Shown here: in pieces, positions 1-14,062 of the stretch | Numbering within the stretch: position 1 is the first letter of the stretch | Layout: every line of letters begins with the position of its first letter | The notes under the pieces: generated by a model | Told to the model about the DNA's origin: nothing | Databases searched by the model: none | The model's input: only the letters and a program-made list of their open reading frames with translations | Made by a program: the position numbers and the translations under genes | Source of the DNA: Eledone cirrhosa | Taxonomy: Eukaryota | Assembly (NCBI GenBank): GCA_964016885.1 | Contig: OZ024755.1 | Span: 3,968,001-4,032,000, forward strand | Direction of reading: 5' to 3' | Length of the DNA: 64,000 bases

Positions 1-279
<279 letters not shown>

Positions 280-452
280 CGCGTGTGTGCGCGTATTTAT
301 AGTGGTAACTGGCATTGCCTATGTGCTGAATATTTCCAACAAAATCTTCTTTATGTTGGACTTAAATTATTGAAATTATAGCAATATTCTATAAAGTTCT
401 TTATATACACACTGATTAATACACCTACACATACAGATTCGGTGACACAAGT

Positions 453-498
<46 letters not shown>

Positions 499-962
499 AC
501 CTACTTGAGCTGATCAGTGGCGAAACGCGCGTCACCAACCATTAAAAGTAATGAAGGGGTAACCAATCGTCCTTGTTATTTTATTTCACTATATATATAT
601 GTATATTAATAGCTACATAGAGAAAACTAAGGAAGATGGTTGGTGTGTTTTCAAAATCATTGCAAATCCGTATATGATTTACTTGATGATATTCCGGTTT
701 CTATAGATCTTTAAACTACAGAAATAAATCTTGAGCCATTAAAGCCTAGGATGAAAACCTTACACTAGTTTTTTCCGGATATTTTTTTCTGTTCAAATCC
801 TGACGTGGTCAAGTTTGTCTTTCATCATTTCTGAGTCGATTGTATAAAGTGTCTTTTTAAAACCACCACATGTGACTCTCACGTGACTTTAGTCCAGCCT
901 AAACCATCGCAAGCATTTTTAGGTTTGAGATTATTATCTGCCTTATCTTACGCCACACCTGA

Positions 963-1093
963 GTGCTATTAATGGAGCTTAAACCTCCACAAACGTTGTT
1001 CAATCTAAGGTTATCATCATCATCATCATCATCGTTTAACGTCCATCTTAAATTGAAGAACGTTTGTGGAGGTTTAAGCTCCACTAATGGCAC
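963..1093. repeat. Inverted repeat with about 47-bp arms around a (CAT)n-containing spacer
   Basis: gtgctattaatggagcttaaacctccacaaacgttgttcaatctaag versus cttaaattgaagaacgtttgtggaggtttaagctccactaatggcac. Confidence 0.9.
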
Positions 1094-1672
1094 ATGCAAA
1101 TATATTTACAGTTATATACACGTGTTGGTGGGCACACGTATGTTTATATAATTGTATATTTATATCAACAATTATTTGGCACTGTGTTCTTCTAATATTA
1201 ATATATAGCAAAACCAAGAAAGAATTTCCCGCTTCCTTTTTGCAATTTAAACAGCCATTGGTTACAGGTGAAAATTACAACTACCTCTTAGTGACCTTGC
1301 GTTTAACTGCTAAGACACGAAATTGATTCGTGTGATGGCTGTAGGCGTATATATCTAAACTCTTTATTCTTCGACTGACTGTCTTACACAGCTCCTAGCG
1401 TATCTCTTGATGATGTTTGTTACTATTTCCTCGACTTGGAAAACATAAAGAAACTTGAACATAATTTCAAAAGGTAATACAAACGGCGTGTATCAAATGA
1501 TATTTCCAGAAGGAACGGCGACGCGTGGTGGTAAAAACGTTATCAGATATAAGAATGGAATAGTCGAAAAGGAAGATCTGAGAAGATGCCTGCTGAACCA
1601 AGTAGAAAGTTAATGAACATAAGGTTTTTTCTGTTTATTCAGTCAGACACTTTTCATGTTCTTATGTATGTA

Positions 1673-1723
<51 letters not shown>

Positions 1724-1794
1724 GTGTGTGTCTTTCGTTTCTTCTTCATATTAGTAAGCAGCAGTAGTGGATATCAAATATTTCTTGTTCTAGT

Positions 1795-2254
<460 letters not shown>

Positions 2255-2770
2255 TGCTCTGTATGTGTAGGTGTCTGTTCTTTGATTTCTTCATATTAAC
2301 GAGAAGTGGTGGTGGTGGTGATGGTGACGATGGTGATAGTGGTGATGGTGACGATGGTGATAGTGGTGATGATGGTGGCGGCGGCGTTGATGGTGATGGC
2401 GGTGATGGTGGATATCAGACGGGAATGTTACAAGAAGGATCATAATAATAAACCAATTAAAACTAGTTCAGTTGATTCTATTAAGATAGAAAGGTTGGGC
2501 GGTAAGGCTCAGGTAAGGCAGAGTAAAAACTGATTTGATTATCGATTAAGTTGATTATAACCATTCCGTAAATATTTGTGGTTTGTGCTAATGTCATGAA
2601 ATCAATAAAACGACTGAGAAAGGTGGGGACTTGATAGAGACAAACACACTGGACTAAATATCTTATGTCAGTTTTTTTTAGTTTGAATTTAGTTTGTTTC
2701 GTGTTTGTTTTCTTTGGGGGTTCACAAAAATACGTTCCGAGATCCTAAAATAATATGAGAATAATAATAA

Positions 2771-3066
2771 TATTTTCTACTTTAGGCACAAGGCCAGCAA
2801 TTTGGGGGGAGGGGAAAGTCGATTAAATGAACCTTAGTGCATTACTGGTACTTTATTTTTATTGTTGCTATTACTATTGCTACGAAGCTTGTTGTACGAC
2901 GCTCTATCGATTCTGCCAATCCACCGCCCTTAATAGTAATAATTGTTTCTACTTTTGGCACAAGGCCAGCAAATACCCAGTGTATTACTGGTACTTTATT
3001 TTATCGACCTCTGTATGGATGAAAGGCAAAGTTAACCTCGGCGGGATTTGAACTCAGATCGTAAAA
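2771..3066 (-). mobile_element. SINE family A: degenerate long-form copy plus 5'-truncated short-form copy
   Basis: Shared core gcctttcatcc...gtcgataaaataaagtaccag and tail ggccttgtgccaaaagtagaaacaatt; cgcccttaatagtaataat duplicated at about 2924 and 3073 (TSD of second copy). Confidence 0.85.
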
Positions 3067-3852
3067 TAGTAACGCCCTTAATAGTAATAATAATAATGGT
3101 TTCATTTATTGTCCACAAGGGCCAGCATATAGGGGACAATACAACAGACGGCGACAGTGGGGAGTTTTACACAAAAATTGAGTAAATATAAACAATATAA
3201 AAATAATAAAAATAATAATAATGAACAACAACAATAAGCACATACACACACTCACACATACACACACATACACACACACACACACACATATGAGACACTA
3301 CTGCATTTATATAGAAGGTTTTAGTTTGTGTCTAAAACGTATACATATCAAAAGAGTTGGCTGAATATACACGTGCTTTTTCTAAAAAAATATTTTTCCC
3401 TTCCTTTCTCTTCTCACTCTCTATCTTCCTATTTCATTTTTTATTTCTCATTCTATATTCGGATGAAAGACTAATATCCGAAACGTAAAGACTCTATTCC
3501 TACTATATCAAGTGTTAAACTAATATATTTCTGTATTGTAATGTGTTTTTTGGTCTGTTTTTCCGCATATCTGTGGAATGCTCAGTCTCTTGCAAGTTAC
3601 TTTCATGGGCAAGCTGTTCTGTTAATCGAACAACTTGAACACTCTTCGTCAGAACTGATGGAGATCCAACATCAGCAACAACAACAACAGTTTATCTCAG
3701 TATATTATATTAACCAATATGCCTTAGGTCGCTTAGATGCTCCATCACTGGCCTCGCAAAAATGATTCATTTAGATGGAGATGGTTTAATATCCAACAAT
3801 TTATCATATAGGACGAACAGCTGTCGTTTTCTCCCACTAGATACACACACAC

Positions 3853-3911
<59 letters not shown>

Positions 3912-4212
3912 GTGTGTGTGTGTGTGGTGTTTATATGTGTGTGTATACATGTGTGTGTGTGTGTGTATATGTGTGTGTTGTGCACGTATATATATATATA
4001 TACGTACATGGAGGTAATATCACTCTTCAGGCTTTGACTTCTAAATCAAGATTAATGTATTGATACATCACACAACGTAGCGAGAGGAATTTGGTAATAA
4101 TAAAAGAAAAATAGACATTAACCTGTTGCATAAAAAGTAAGCTTTCATAACATAAAACTATTATGATGGATTATTTTGTCAATTTTCAATTTCGTTGATA
4201 ACCAGAAACTGT

Positions 4213-4388
4213 TATACAGGGTGTCACTAAAGTCTGACGAAAATGTGAAGTTAATATATCGGGTTGGGTTCACGGGAATCTCACAAAAGACATCAAACTT
4301 TACTATACAGGGTGTCACTAAAGTCTGGACGAAATGGGGAGTTAATGTATTGAGTTCACGGGAATGTCACAAAAGACATCAAACTTTA
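4213..4388 (+). repeat. Two tandem about 91-bp units starting with a Tc1/mariner-like terminus (TA-CAGGGTGTC)
   Basis: tatacagggtgtcactaaagtctg at 4213 and 4304. Confidence 0.65.
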
Positions 4389-4523
4389 CATCTCAGATGT
4401 TAGAAATCACATTAAAGATGTTATTTATTAATATTTCAATTAAGTAAAATCTTTCATAGTAAACGTCTATTAATATCGAAACAAATTTATGACTAATATT
4501 ATTTGTATTATTCCGATATGTAA

Positions 4524-4564
4524 CCTCGGACATGTTTCGATCTTATGAGAATTCTTCAGCGAAG
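4524..4564 (-). ncRNA. Minimal type-I hammerhead ribozyme motif, stem II partly degenerate
   Basis: Minus strand CTTCG-CTGAAGA-attctcataagatc-GAAA-CATG-TC-CGAGG; stem I CUUCG/CGAGG, palindromic stem III ACAUGU, GUC triplet. Confidence 0.6.
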
Positions 4565-4766
4565 TCTGGACTCTCTGTACCTGCTGAGGTTGTAATGAGC
4601 GAATCACTAAAGATACATAACCGTTCTAAGTAAGTTGATGTAGCTAATTTGGGAATTAATTAAAGAAAGAAGTAGAAAATTAATTGTTCAAAGACATCAT
4701 TGACATTTAAAACTAAATAGTTAAGTTAACGTTAGCTTAGTTAATAATTAAAATAATATTAGATAT

Positions 4767-4955
4767 AATTATTTCTACTTTTGGCACAAGGCCAGCAATT
4801 ATCCCAGTGCATTACTGGTACTTTATTTTATCGACCCCGTAAGGATGAAAGGCAAAGTTAACCTCGGCGGGATTTGAACTCAGACCATAAAGGGCCGTAA
4901 CTCTATGCTGCAAAGCATGGCGTCCGACCCTCACCGATACTGCCAATCCACCGGC
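4767..4955 (-). mobile_element. SINE family A, full length
   Basis: tRNA-like head (A box tggcagtatcgg, B box gagttcaaatcc), conserved core and tail; attag(a/c)tataat on both flanks. Confidence 0.9.
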
Positions 4956-5667
4956 CTTATCATTAGCTATAATGCATCCAGGTACATATTATCCTAGATA
5001 CACGACTCCTTTCATTTTTGAGAAGCTAGGGTCTTATTTCATATGTACGAATTAGTATATCTATAGGGCTGTGTGGAATCTAATTTGTCCCTTTGTTTTT
5101 CAACTTTCATTCCGAGATAGATAACATAAAGATCAGTGTAAAAACAAATTAGTGGAGTTTCTACAATCTTTAATAACCTTGTATAGGGGATCGCAGCAGG
5201 ATTCCAGTTCAATGAGTGAAGTCTGAAGAACAAAAATTAAAACAAAATAAAGGGGGAAAAAGTCATTTAAATGAGTTGAAGAATTTGGTGTATTTCTGGA
5301 AGATTTTGGTGATTAGTTTCATTCTTCTTCCAGTAGGTCTGGGGAAGCCAATCCTTTACTTTGCCGGAGTCCAGAGAACTCCAATTATCGTCACTCACCT
5401 TGTTATTTCATTTTGGAAAGAGTTTTGAGAGCGCGCGCGCACGCACACACGCTCACTCACATACACACATACACACACACTCACACACAAGCTCGCATAC
5501 GAAGTTATAATTTTACCCCGTTCTCTTTCTATATATCTATATATAAGTATATATATACATATATATATATATATACGCATACATAAACATACGGTATATA
5601 TATGCATATATATATATATACACATACATAAACATACGGTATATATATGCATATACATATATATATA

Positions 5668-6093
5668 TATAATAACTAGAAATTGATTAACATATAAATA
5701 AACATGAATAATCACAGGAGATAATTTTTACAAGTGTGTAACCACACATAGCTAAGTAGGTAACTAAATAAAGTTGACCAGAACTTCAAAAATAGATACC
5801 TTATAATATGATTAAGGGAAGATTAATCATATTATAAGGTATCTATTTTTGAAGTTCTGGTCAACTTTATTTAGTTACCTACCTAGCTATGTGTGGTTAT
5901 ACACTTGTAAAAATTATCTCCTGTGATTATTCATGTTTATTTATATGTTAATCAATTTCTAGTTATTATAAAATGCTCGGACCTACTCGTAAGAATCTTA
6001 GAGCTTATTTTCCGGGTGATATGGCGCATGTCTTTCTGGCATGACACCCATTATTTTGATTTAGATTAAATTCATTTGATTTATCTTAATTTT

Positions 6094-6097
<4 letters not shown>
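5668..6097. mobile_element. Fold-back cassette in (TA)n: 148-bp inverted arms, 7-nt loop, about 125-bp unpaired tail
   Basis: 5668-5815 is the reverse complement of 5823-5970 with about 2 mismatches; loop gggaaga; TA runs on both sides. Confidence 0.75.
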
Positions 6098-6140
<43 letters not shown>

Positions 6141-6637
6141 CATACATAAACAAATACGGTATATATATATGCATATATATATATACACATGAACATACGG
6201 TATATATATATATATATATATACATAACTAATATAAATGTATATGTAGTATCTTATAATATGTAGTATCTTAGTTATTTCCGTCTATTCCTTCATTCTTT
6301 AAGTTCTATCGCAGCTACAAGAAATGGGTTGAAAAATACCTCGTTAAGCTAAATTATGGCGTATTCTGTGGAGCAGATATTTGTCTTATTACTGAACATA
6401 TATATAGTCTCTCAAAGACGTTAATTCCCTGTTGAGCACTTTGAAATTGTTTCGCCTCATAAGAGAAATTCATTCAGTTAAATATTAAAATGTCTAATTT
6501 TTTTTCGGAGTGGGGGTTGGGGTGCACTTTTTATCAGCTCCAGGTAATGTTATATTCAGCCATTGTGAACTCGGTACTTTTTCACGGCTTGGTGAGAGTT
6601 ATAGTCCTTGAAACAGAACATACCGTGGCAGAAGACA

Positions 6638-6776
6638 TAATTGTTTCTACTTTTGGCACAAGGCCAGCAATTATCCCAGTGTATTACTGGTACTTTATTT
6701 TATCGACCCCGTAAGGATGAAAGGCAAAGTTAACCTCGGCGGGATTTGAACTCAGACTGTAAAGGGCCGTAACTCT
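6638..6776 (-). mobile_element. SINE family A, 5'-truncated
   Basis: Core and tail match; TSD agacataat. Confidence 0.9.
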
Positions 6777-7350
6777 GAGACATAATAGGAGGAAGATTGC
6801 GAGTGTCATCTTTATATCGTCTGTCAGAGGATAGTTCTCTTATCCTTTCATTCTTTAGACTTACTCCTATATCTCGGTACCAACCAAAGCTCAGTGGAAG
6901 GATCCAGCGTTGCCAAGGTCCCAGAATATCACGTTAGGTGCGTAATAATATCAAAGTAATGCTGGCTCTTTTCTTCGGCTACCGAGGCGTTTCGCATCAC
7001 TGACACCACCAAGTACTTAAGAGGTTTTCTCCAACCTAAGTTTGGAGAATTCTTCGACAGACGACGTATAAACGATATAGTAAGAATTACAGAGAGTGAA
7101 CGAAGAGAAAGAGTAAGTCAAAGTGAGATAGCGTTACTAAGACCTTATAAATATTGGAATGAATAAATATATTCATTGACTGTTTATGAAAATTCATTGA
7201 TGAAAATAGTTAGAAGAACCATTCTCACAAAACACACACACATATAAGTATATATATATAAATATATAAATATATAAATAAACAAACATACACACACACA
7301 CATGCATATATACATACATACATATATATATATGTATGTGTGTGTGTGTG

Positions 7351-7389
<39 letters not shown>

Positions 7390-7407
7390 GTATATATATA
7401 TATATGT

Positions 7408-7441
<34 letters not shown>

Positions 7442-8009
7442 ATGTATGTATGTATATGTATGTATATATATATATATATATGTATGCATATATGTATATA
7501 TATACATACATACATATATACAGAAAGATATGGAAGGAGAAAGTTTGAAAGAAAGGACAGGTAGTAAAGAGAATGACAAAGAGAGATAGGGAGAGAGAGA
7601 GATTCTAAATATATTCTAGTCATCCAATTGTCCCTGGATCTGAGTTTTAATGTGAAATTTAGCCTAGGTTTACAGCTGACAAAATGATTGTTGTAGGTCT
7701 TGAATACTTCAGAAATAGTCGTTTCTTCATTTATAAAATAAAGAGAAACAAAACATTGAAGTATCTTTTTTCTTTTATTACCCGATAATTGAAGAATTTC
7801 TTTCCCATACTTACTATTTTGGAATCATTGCACTCCATTCTTTTGTCTTGGACAAAATAAGAAAGGTTTATTGTCTCATTGTTGTTTATTTTATTTATTA
7901 TTTGTTTGAATAGTTTATCTGAAATATTTATTCATTATTTTGTGTGCAATTAGCTAGCGTGAATTACTTTCTGTTTTGTTTGCTTAGCCGGCTATATGTG
8001 TGTGTGTGT

Positions 8010-8040
<31 letters not shown>

Positions 8041-9089
8041 ATGTACATATATGCAGACCACACATACACACATAGATATATATATAAATATACGAATGGT
8101 TTTATATATATAAATATATATACCAGGAATAACTAGGCAGAATGAATTGGCCAAAAGGAAAAAATTATTGACAGTTCATTCTTTAACATATGTTTCGTGT
8201 GTGTGTGGATATATATATATATATATCCATATATATAAAGAATATATATATATATATAAAGAATATATATATATAAAGAATGATTGTCTGAGGAGATTGT
8301 TAGGAACGTTCAGATTTGGGGGCCCGGGGCAGTTCTGTTTTGGAAGACCGTGGGCTATTCCTAGAGAAGAGGGGTGTCCTGTTTGATTAGGGATGCCCAC
8401 GGCATTCATTCGCTCCTCTCCTCGATAAATCCGACCCTGGCTTCTTAATATAACGTAAAATTGGCTAACGACTTTTAGATTATACAGATATATAAAATTA
8501 TATAAAATTAAATTCACGAGACTATGTTGATGTTGAAAACATATCTAATACATTATACCGATACTACAACATAAATATTGAATTATGCTAATATTAAAAT
8601 ATAGCTATAAAAACGAATCCGATATCGGAAGAAAATTATTTTACTCTGGTGTTATACAACCAACACCATAAAAACCTGTTCTATTTTCAAATTAAATATC
8701 GAACGGGATACATCTAAAGTTCCATTTGGATTGCAACTATTTAATGCTCTTCGGAATTATGTCTAAAAATCTATTCCGACAACGTAAATGGCAAATTTTG
8801 TCTGGTTAATATACAGACGGGAAAGAAGCTTTAATGGACTGAAAATAAGATTAGTGCCAGGTCTGAAATAATTGGTTGGTGAATAGAGTATCCAGAGCAT
8901 TGAGGCATAGATATATTAGGGATATGATGACTAGTGGGAGGGAGGGAAGGTGGTTGGAGGGGAATAAAGTACTGGGCACCGAAGGCTATAAAGAATCAGT
9001 GATGTAAAAAACAAAATAGGGTTAAGAATGTGTCAGAGATATTGGTTATTATATAGATAGACAGGTAGATAGGTATGGAGGTAGAGCGG

Positions 9090-9630
9090 TACATATATAC
9101 ATACATACATACATGCTTACATACATACATACTTATATACATACATACATGCTTACATACTTACATACATACATACATGCTTACATACATACTTACATAC
9201 TTACATACATACATACATGCTGACATACTTACATACATACATGTTTACATACATACATACATACTTACATACATACATACATACATTCATACATGCTTAC
9301 ATACATGCTTACATACATACATACATGCTTACATACATACATACATAGCTACATATATACATATACATACATACATACATGCATAGTTACATACATACTT
9401 ATATACATACATACATGCATAGTTACATACATACTTAAGTAACTAGACAGAAAAAAAGCATGCAAATATAAATGCATATAGGAGTCGATAGATAGATCGA
9501 TAGATGGATAAACAGATAGATGAATAGATAGAATATATATATATATATAGAGATATATATAGATATAGATAAATACATATATAAATATATATATATAGAT
9601 ATATACATATAGATAGATAGATATAGATAA

Positions 9631-9667
<37 letters not shown>

Positions 9668-9688
9668 GATAAATACAGATATAGATAA

Positions 9689-9725
<37 letters not shown>

Positions 9726-9882
9726 GATAAATACAGATATATATATATATATATATATATAGATAGATAGATAGTTAGATATAGATAAATACAGATATAT
9801 ATATATATATATAGATATAGATAAATACATATATATATATACATAGAGATAATACAGATATATATATACATAGAGATAATAC

Positions 9883-9933
<51 letters not shown>

Positions 9934-10360
9934 TAACTATAGATAAATACAGATATATATAGATAGATAAATATAGATAAATACAGATATATATATAGAT
10001 AGATAACTATAGATAAATACAGATATATATATAGATAGATAAATATAGATAAATACAGATATATATATAGGGAGATAGATAAATATAGATAAATACAGAT
10101 ATATATATAGGGAGATAGATAAATATAGATAAATACAGATATATATATAGGGAGATAGATAAATATAGATAAATACAGATATATATATAGATAGATAGAT
10201 AAATATAGATAAATACAGATATATATATAGATAGATAGATAAATATAGATAAATACAGATATATATATATATATAGATAGATAAATATAGATAAATACAG
10301 ATATATATAGATAGATAGATAAATACAGATATATATATAGATAGATAAATATAGATAAAT

Positions 10361-10401
<41 letters not shown>

Positions 10402-10540
10402 AATACAGATATATATATATATATAGATAGATAAATATAGATAAATACAGATATATATAGGTAGATAGATAAATATAGATAAATACAGATATATATATAG
10501 ATAGATAGATATAGATAAATACAGATATATATATATAGAT
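9090..10540. repeat. (TACA)n-derived tract followed by an about 40-bp ATAG/AT minisatellite
   Basis: Repeated agataaatatagataaatacagatatatatat units. Confidence 0.9.
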
Positions 10541-10889
10541 AAGAGAGAGAGAGAGAAAGAAGCATGAAATGAAAAACAAATGGAACGATAGAAAAAAACA
10601 GAAAGTGCAAATTTTAAAGAAAATTTTAATTCTAAATGGTAAATTTTAAATCGGAATAGTATTCTCATTCTTGTTTCGTGTTCTTTCATTCTTTCTCTCC
10701 CATTTTCATTCTACCCCCCCCCCCCTCTTTCTATCTCTCTTTCTCTGCCTTTTTGTTGATAATCAGATAAATATTAGATGCATTCATATTCATTTTCATA
10801 AATCTTTATATTTTATATGAATAAATCTATCTATCTGTCTATCTTTCCATCTATATATCTATCTATTGATCTATAAATCCATCTCTGCC

Positions 10890-10930
<41 letters not shown>

Positions 10931-10984
10931 TATATATATATATATATATATATTGGTAATATTGGGATCGTGGGAAAGCTTACG

Positions 10985-11204
10985 TATAATATAAATAAAT
11001 ATATATATAAAATAAATATATATATATAAATATATATGTATATATATAAATATATATAAATAAATATGTATATATATGAATAAAAATATATATAAATATA
11101 TATAAATATATATATATATAGGAATAAAAATATATATAAATATATATATATATATGAATAAAATATATATAAAAATATATATAAATATATATATATATAT
11201 GAAT

Positions 11205-11244
<40 letters not shown>

Positions 11245-11395
11245 TAAAATATATATATATGAATAAAAAAAAATATATATACATATATATGAATTTTAAA
11301 AAAAATATATATATATATGAATAAAAATATATATAAATATATAAATATATATATGAATATATAAATATAAATAGATATATATAAATGAATAAATA
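10985..11395. repeat. AT-only low-complexity tract with gaataaaa(ta)n units
   Basis: Direct observation. Confidence 0.85.
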
Positions 11396-11819
11396 TGGAT
11401 AGAAAGAAAGAACGAAACAAGGAAGAAATGAGTGGAACGCAATGGCAGAAAGGGGAAAGAAAATTATAGTAAAAAAAAAATGATAAATAATAATAAAAGA
11501 TATTATTAGTGAATGAGATAAAGGTATGAGAAAGGTAAGTGGCATGTTGTAAATAGATGTAAGAAAATTGAGGACTGAGGCCATTTAATTTATTTTAGTT
11601 GGAAAAAGCAGAGAATGTCTCCCGGAAACGTCCATTCTGGGGCACACGGGCGTAGTTTAATAGAATCTAATTGAGAGAAGGAAGAGAGGAATATTATGAG
11701 TAACGGTGGGGGGGGGGGCTTAAATACTTTGTATGTGGTGGTGGAGTTGGTATGGTGTTGGTGATGGTGGTGGGTAAGTAGAAATAAAAATAATAATATA
11801 TGATACAATGTGATATAAT

Positions 11820-11992
11820 ATAATTGTTTCTACTTTTGGCACAAGGCCAGCAATTATCCCAGTGTATTACTGGTACTTTATTTCATCGACCCTGTAAGAA
11901 TGAAAAGCAAAATTATCCTGGCGGGATTTGAACTCAGACCATAAAGGGCCGTAACTTTATACTTCAAAGCATATTGTCCGACGCCCTACCGT
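11820..11992 (-). mobile_element. SINE family A, head-truncated
   Basis: Core and tail match. Confidence 0.88.
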
Positions 11993-12071
11993 ATAAATCT
12001 ATCTTTCTAGCTTTCTTTCTATGCATCTCCCCCGCTCCTCCCCACTCTATCTCTCTCTATATACATGTATG

Positions 12072-12103
<32 letters not shown>

Positions 12104-12277
12104 CACACACACGCACACACACACATATATATATATAATACATACATACAAACGTGTGTGTGTTTTATCCTCGCACTTACAATCTCCCTTAAAGCATGGC
12201 GTCCGATCTTCTACCGTTACTGCCAATCCACCAGTAACAATAATATTGGAACGTAGGGGCACACTAGAGAACATAGA

Positions 12278-12465
12278 AATAATTGTTTCTACTTTAGGCA
12301 CAAGGCCAGCAATTACCCAGTGCATTACTGGTACTTTATTTTATCGACCCCGTAAGGATGAAAGGCAAAGTCAATCTCGGCGGGATTTGAACTCAGATCG
12401 TAAAGGGATGTAACTATACTGGAAAGCATGGCGTCCGACCCTCTACCGATACTGCCAATCCACCG
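12278..12465 (-). mobile_element. SINE family A, full length
   Basis: Head, core and tail match. Confidence 0.9.
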
Positions 12466-12627
12466 CAATGATCATATCCACACACAGAAAAGACGCAATG
12501 CTCCGACAGATTACAGAAGCGACAAATATAAACGAATTCCAACCAAAACTAAACAGAAAACATGAGTGGGATAGCAGCAACATCACAACTAGTAATTAGG
12601 AACATGATAAAGACATACAGAGACAGG

Positions 12628-12858
12628 TGACGGAGAGTACAGGACTATCCCCAACCCACCACACCACCACCATGGACAGGACGCCAAATGATCGCATAAC
12701 TAAACCTCCAGCTATTGCTGGTACTCATTTCCAGCTGACTCTACTGGAGCAACGTGAAATGAAGTGTTTTTCTCAAGAACACAATACACAACCCAGTCTA
12801 AGAATCGAACCCATGACATTATGATCGGAGGAACAACACCCTTACCACTAGGCCACGT
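12628..12858 (-). mobile_element. SINE family B (tRNA head, V-SINE-like body)
   Basis: Minus strand tggcctagtgg A box, ggttcgattc B box, tgtgttcttgagaaaaacacttcatttcacgttgctccag, tggcgtcctgtcca; matches 48824 and 55795 copies. Confidence 0.75.
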
Positions 12859-13887
12859 ACAATGGCTACTACTAAAAATTGAAACTGGATCACCGACTCG
12901 TGAATTTACCATTTCAATTCCGGTTCCAATTACTAATAACGAAATTATAGCCACATTATCGATATATGATAACAAAAAGTTATAGAGAGTGTTTTCTAAT
13001 CCTCATTGACATTAATTGACCTACTCAGAACAAGTTGAATTATTAACCCTTCATGAAAGGTTAATAATATTAACTTAACATCCAACACAGCGCTGAAAAT
13101 TGCTGATATTTTAACACTTTTATCTCTAAATGTTGTTACTGATTTGCTAACATGAAAAGACGGATATAAAATATAAAAAGGAACACCATTTTTATATGGT
13201 ATTCCTTCGTTTGAAATTTTACGTTTGCCAATCTTCTTAACTTGAAAGGGTTTACGAGCAAATAAATTGACTTAGATCGAGTTAAATTGGAGTATTTTCT
13301 GATTGTTTTTTTAATTTTATTTCTTCTATACGCCCAACACATTGAAAACTAACTCCTTTTACAGTCTTCAAGTAAATCAGGAACTCTTAAATTATCGTTA
13401 TTCTGTGTCCTAATGAATGAACCAATAGTGTCTAACTCTATATTAGCACCAGAGGATATTATGTCAGACAATCAGACACTCTTGTAGAGGAGATTGTATG
13501 TGCGATGATATAACACACACACACACACACACACACACGAGTATGTATGTATTATATGTATGTATTATATGTATGTATTATATGTATGTATGTATTATAT
13601 ATATATATATATGTATGTATTATATATATATATATATGTATGTATTATATATATATATATATATGTATGTATTATATATATATATATATATGTATGTATT
13701 ATATATATGTATGTATGTATTATATATATGTATGTATTATATATATGTATGTATGTATTATATATATATATGTATTATATATATGTATGTATGTATGTAT
13801 TATATATATGTATACAGAAAGAGATAGAATGGGGAAGAGCGGAGGGTGGGAGAGATGCATAGAAAGAAAGCTAGAAAGATAAATTTA

Positions 13888-14062
13888 TACGGTAGGGCGT
13901 CGGACAATATGCTTTGAAGTATAGAGTTACGGCCCTTTATGATCTGAGTTCAAATCTCGCCGAGGTTTACTTTGCCTTTCATCCTTACGAGGGTCGATAA
14001 ATAAAGTACTAGTAATACACTCGGATAATTGGTAGCCTTGTGCCAAAAGTGGAAACAATTAT
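13888..14062 (+). mobile_element. SINE family A, head-truncated (inverted duplicate of 11820 copy)
   Basis: Same truncation point and same flank as 11820-11992. Confidence 0.88.

Noticed and set aside
5269-5400. Minus-strand 43-codon open frame VSDDNWSSLDSGKVKDWLPQ
   Set aside because: No acceptor or start codon and no recognisable homology
6865-7036. Minus-strand exon bounded by AG and GTAAGT
   Set aside because: Stops in all three frames
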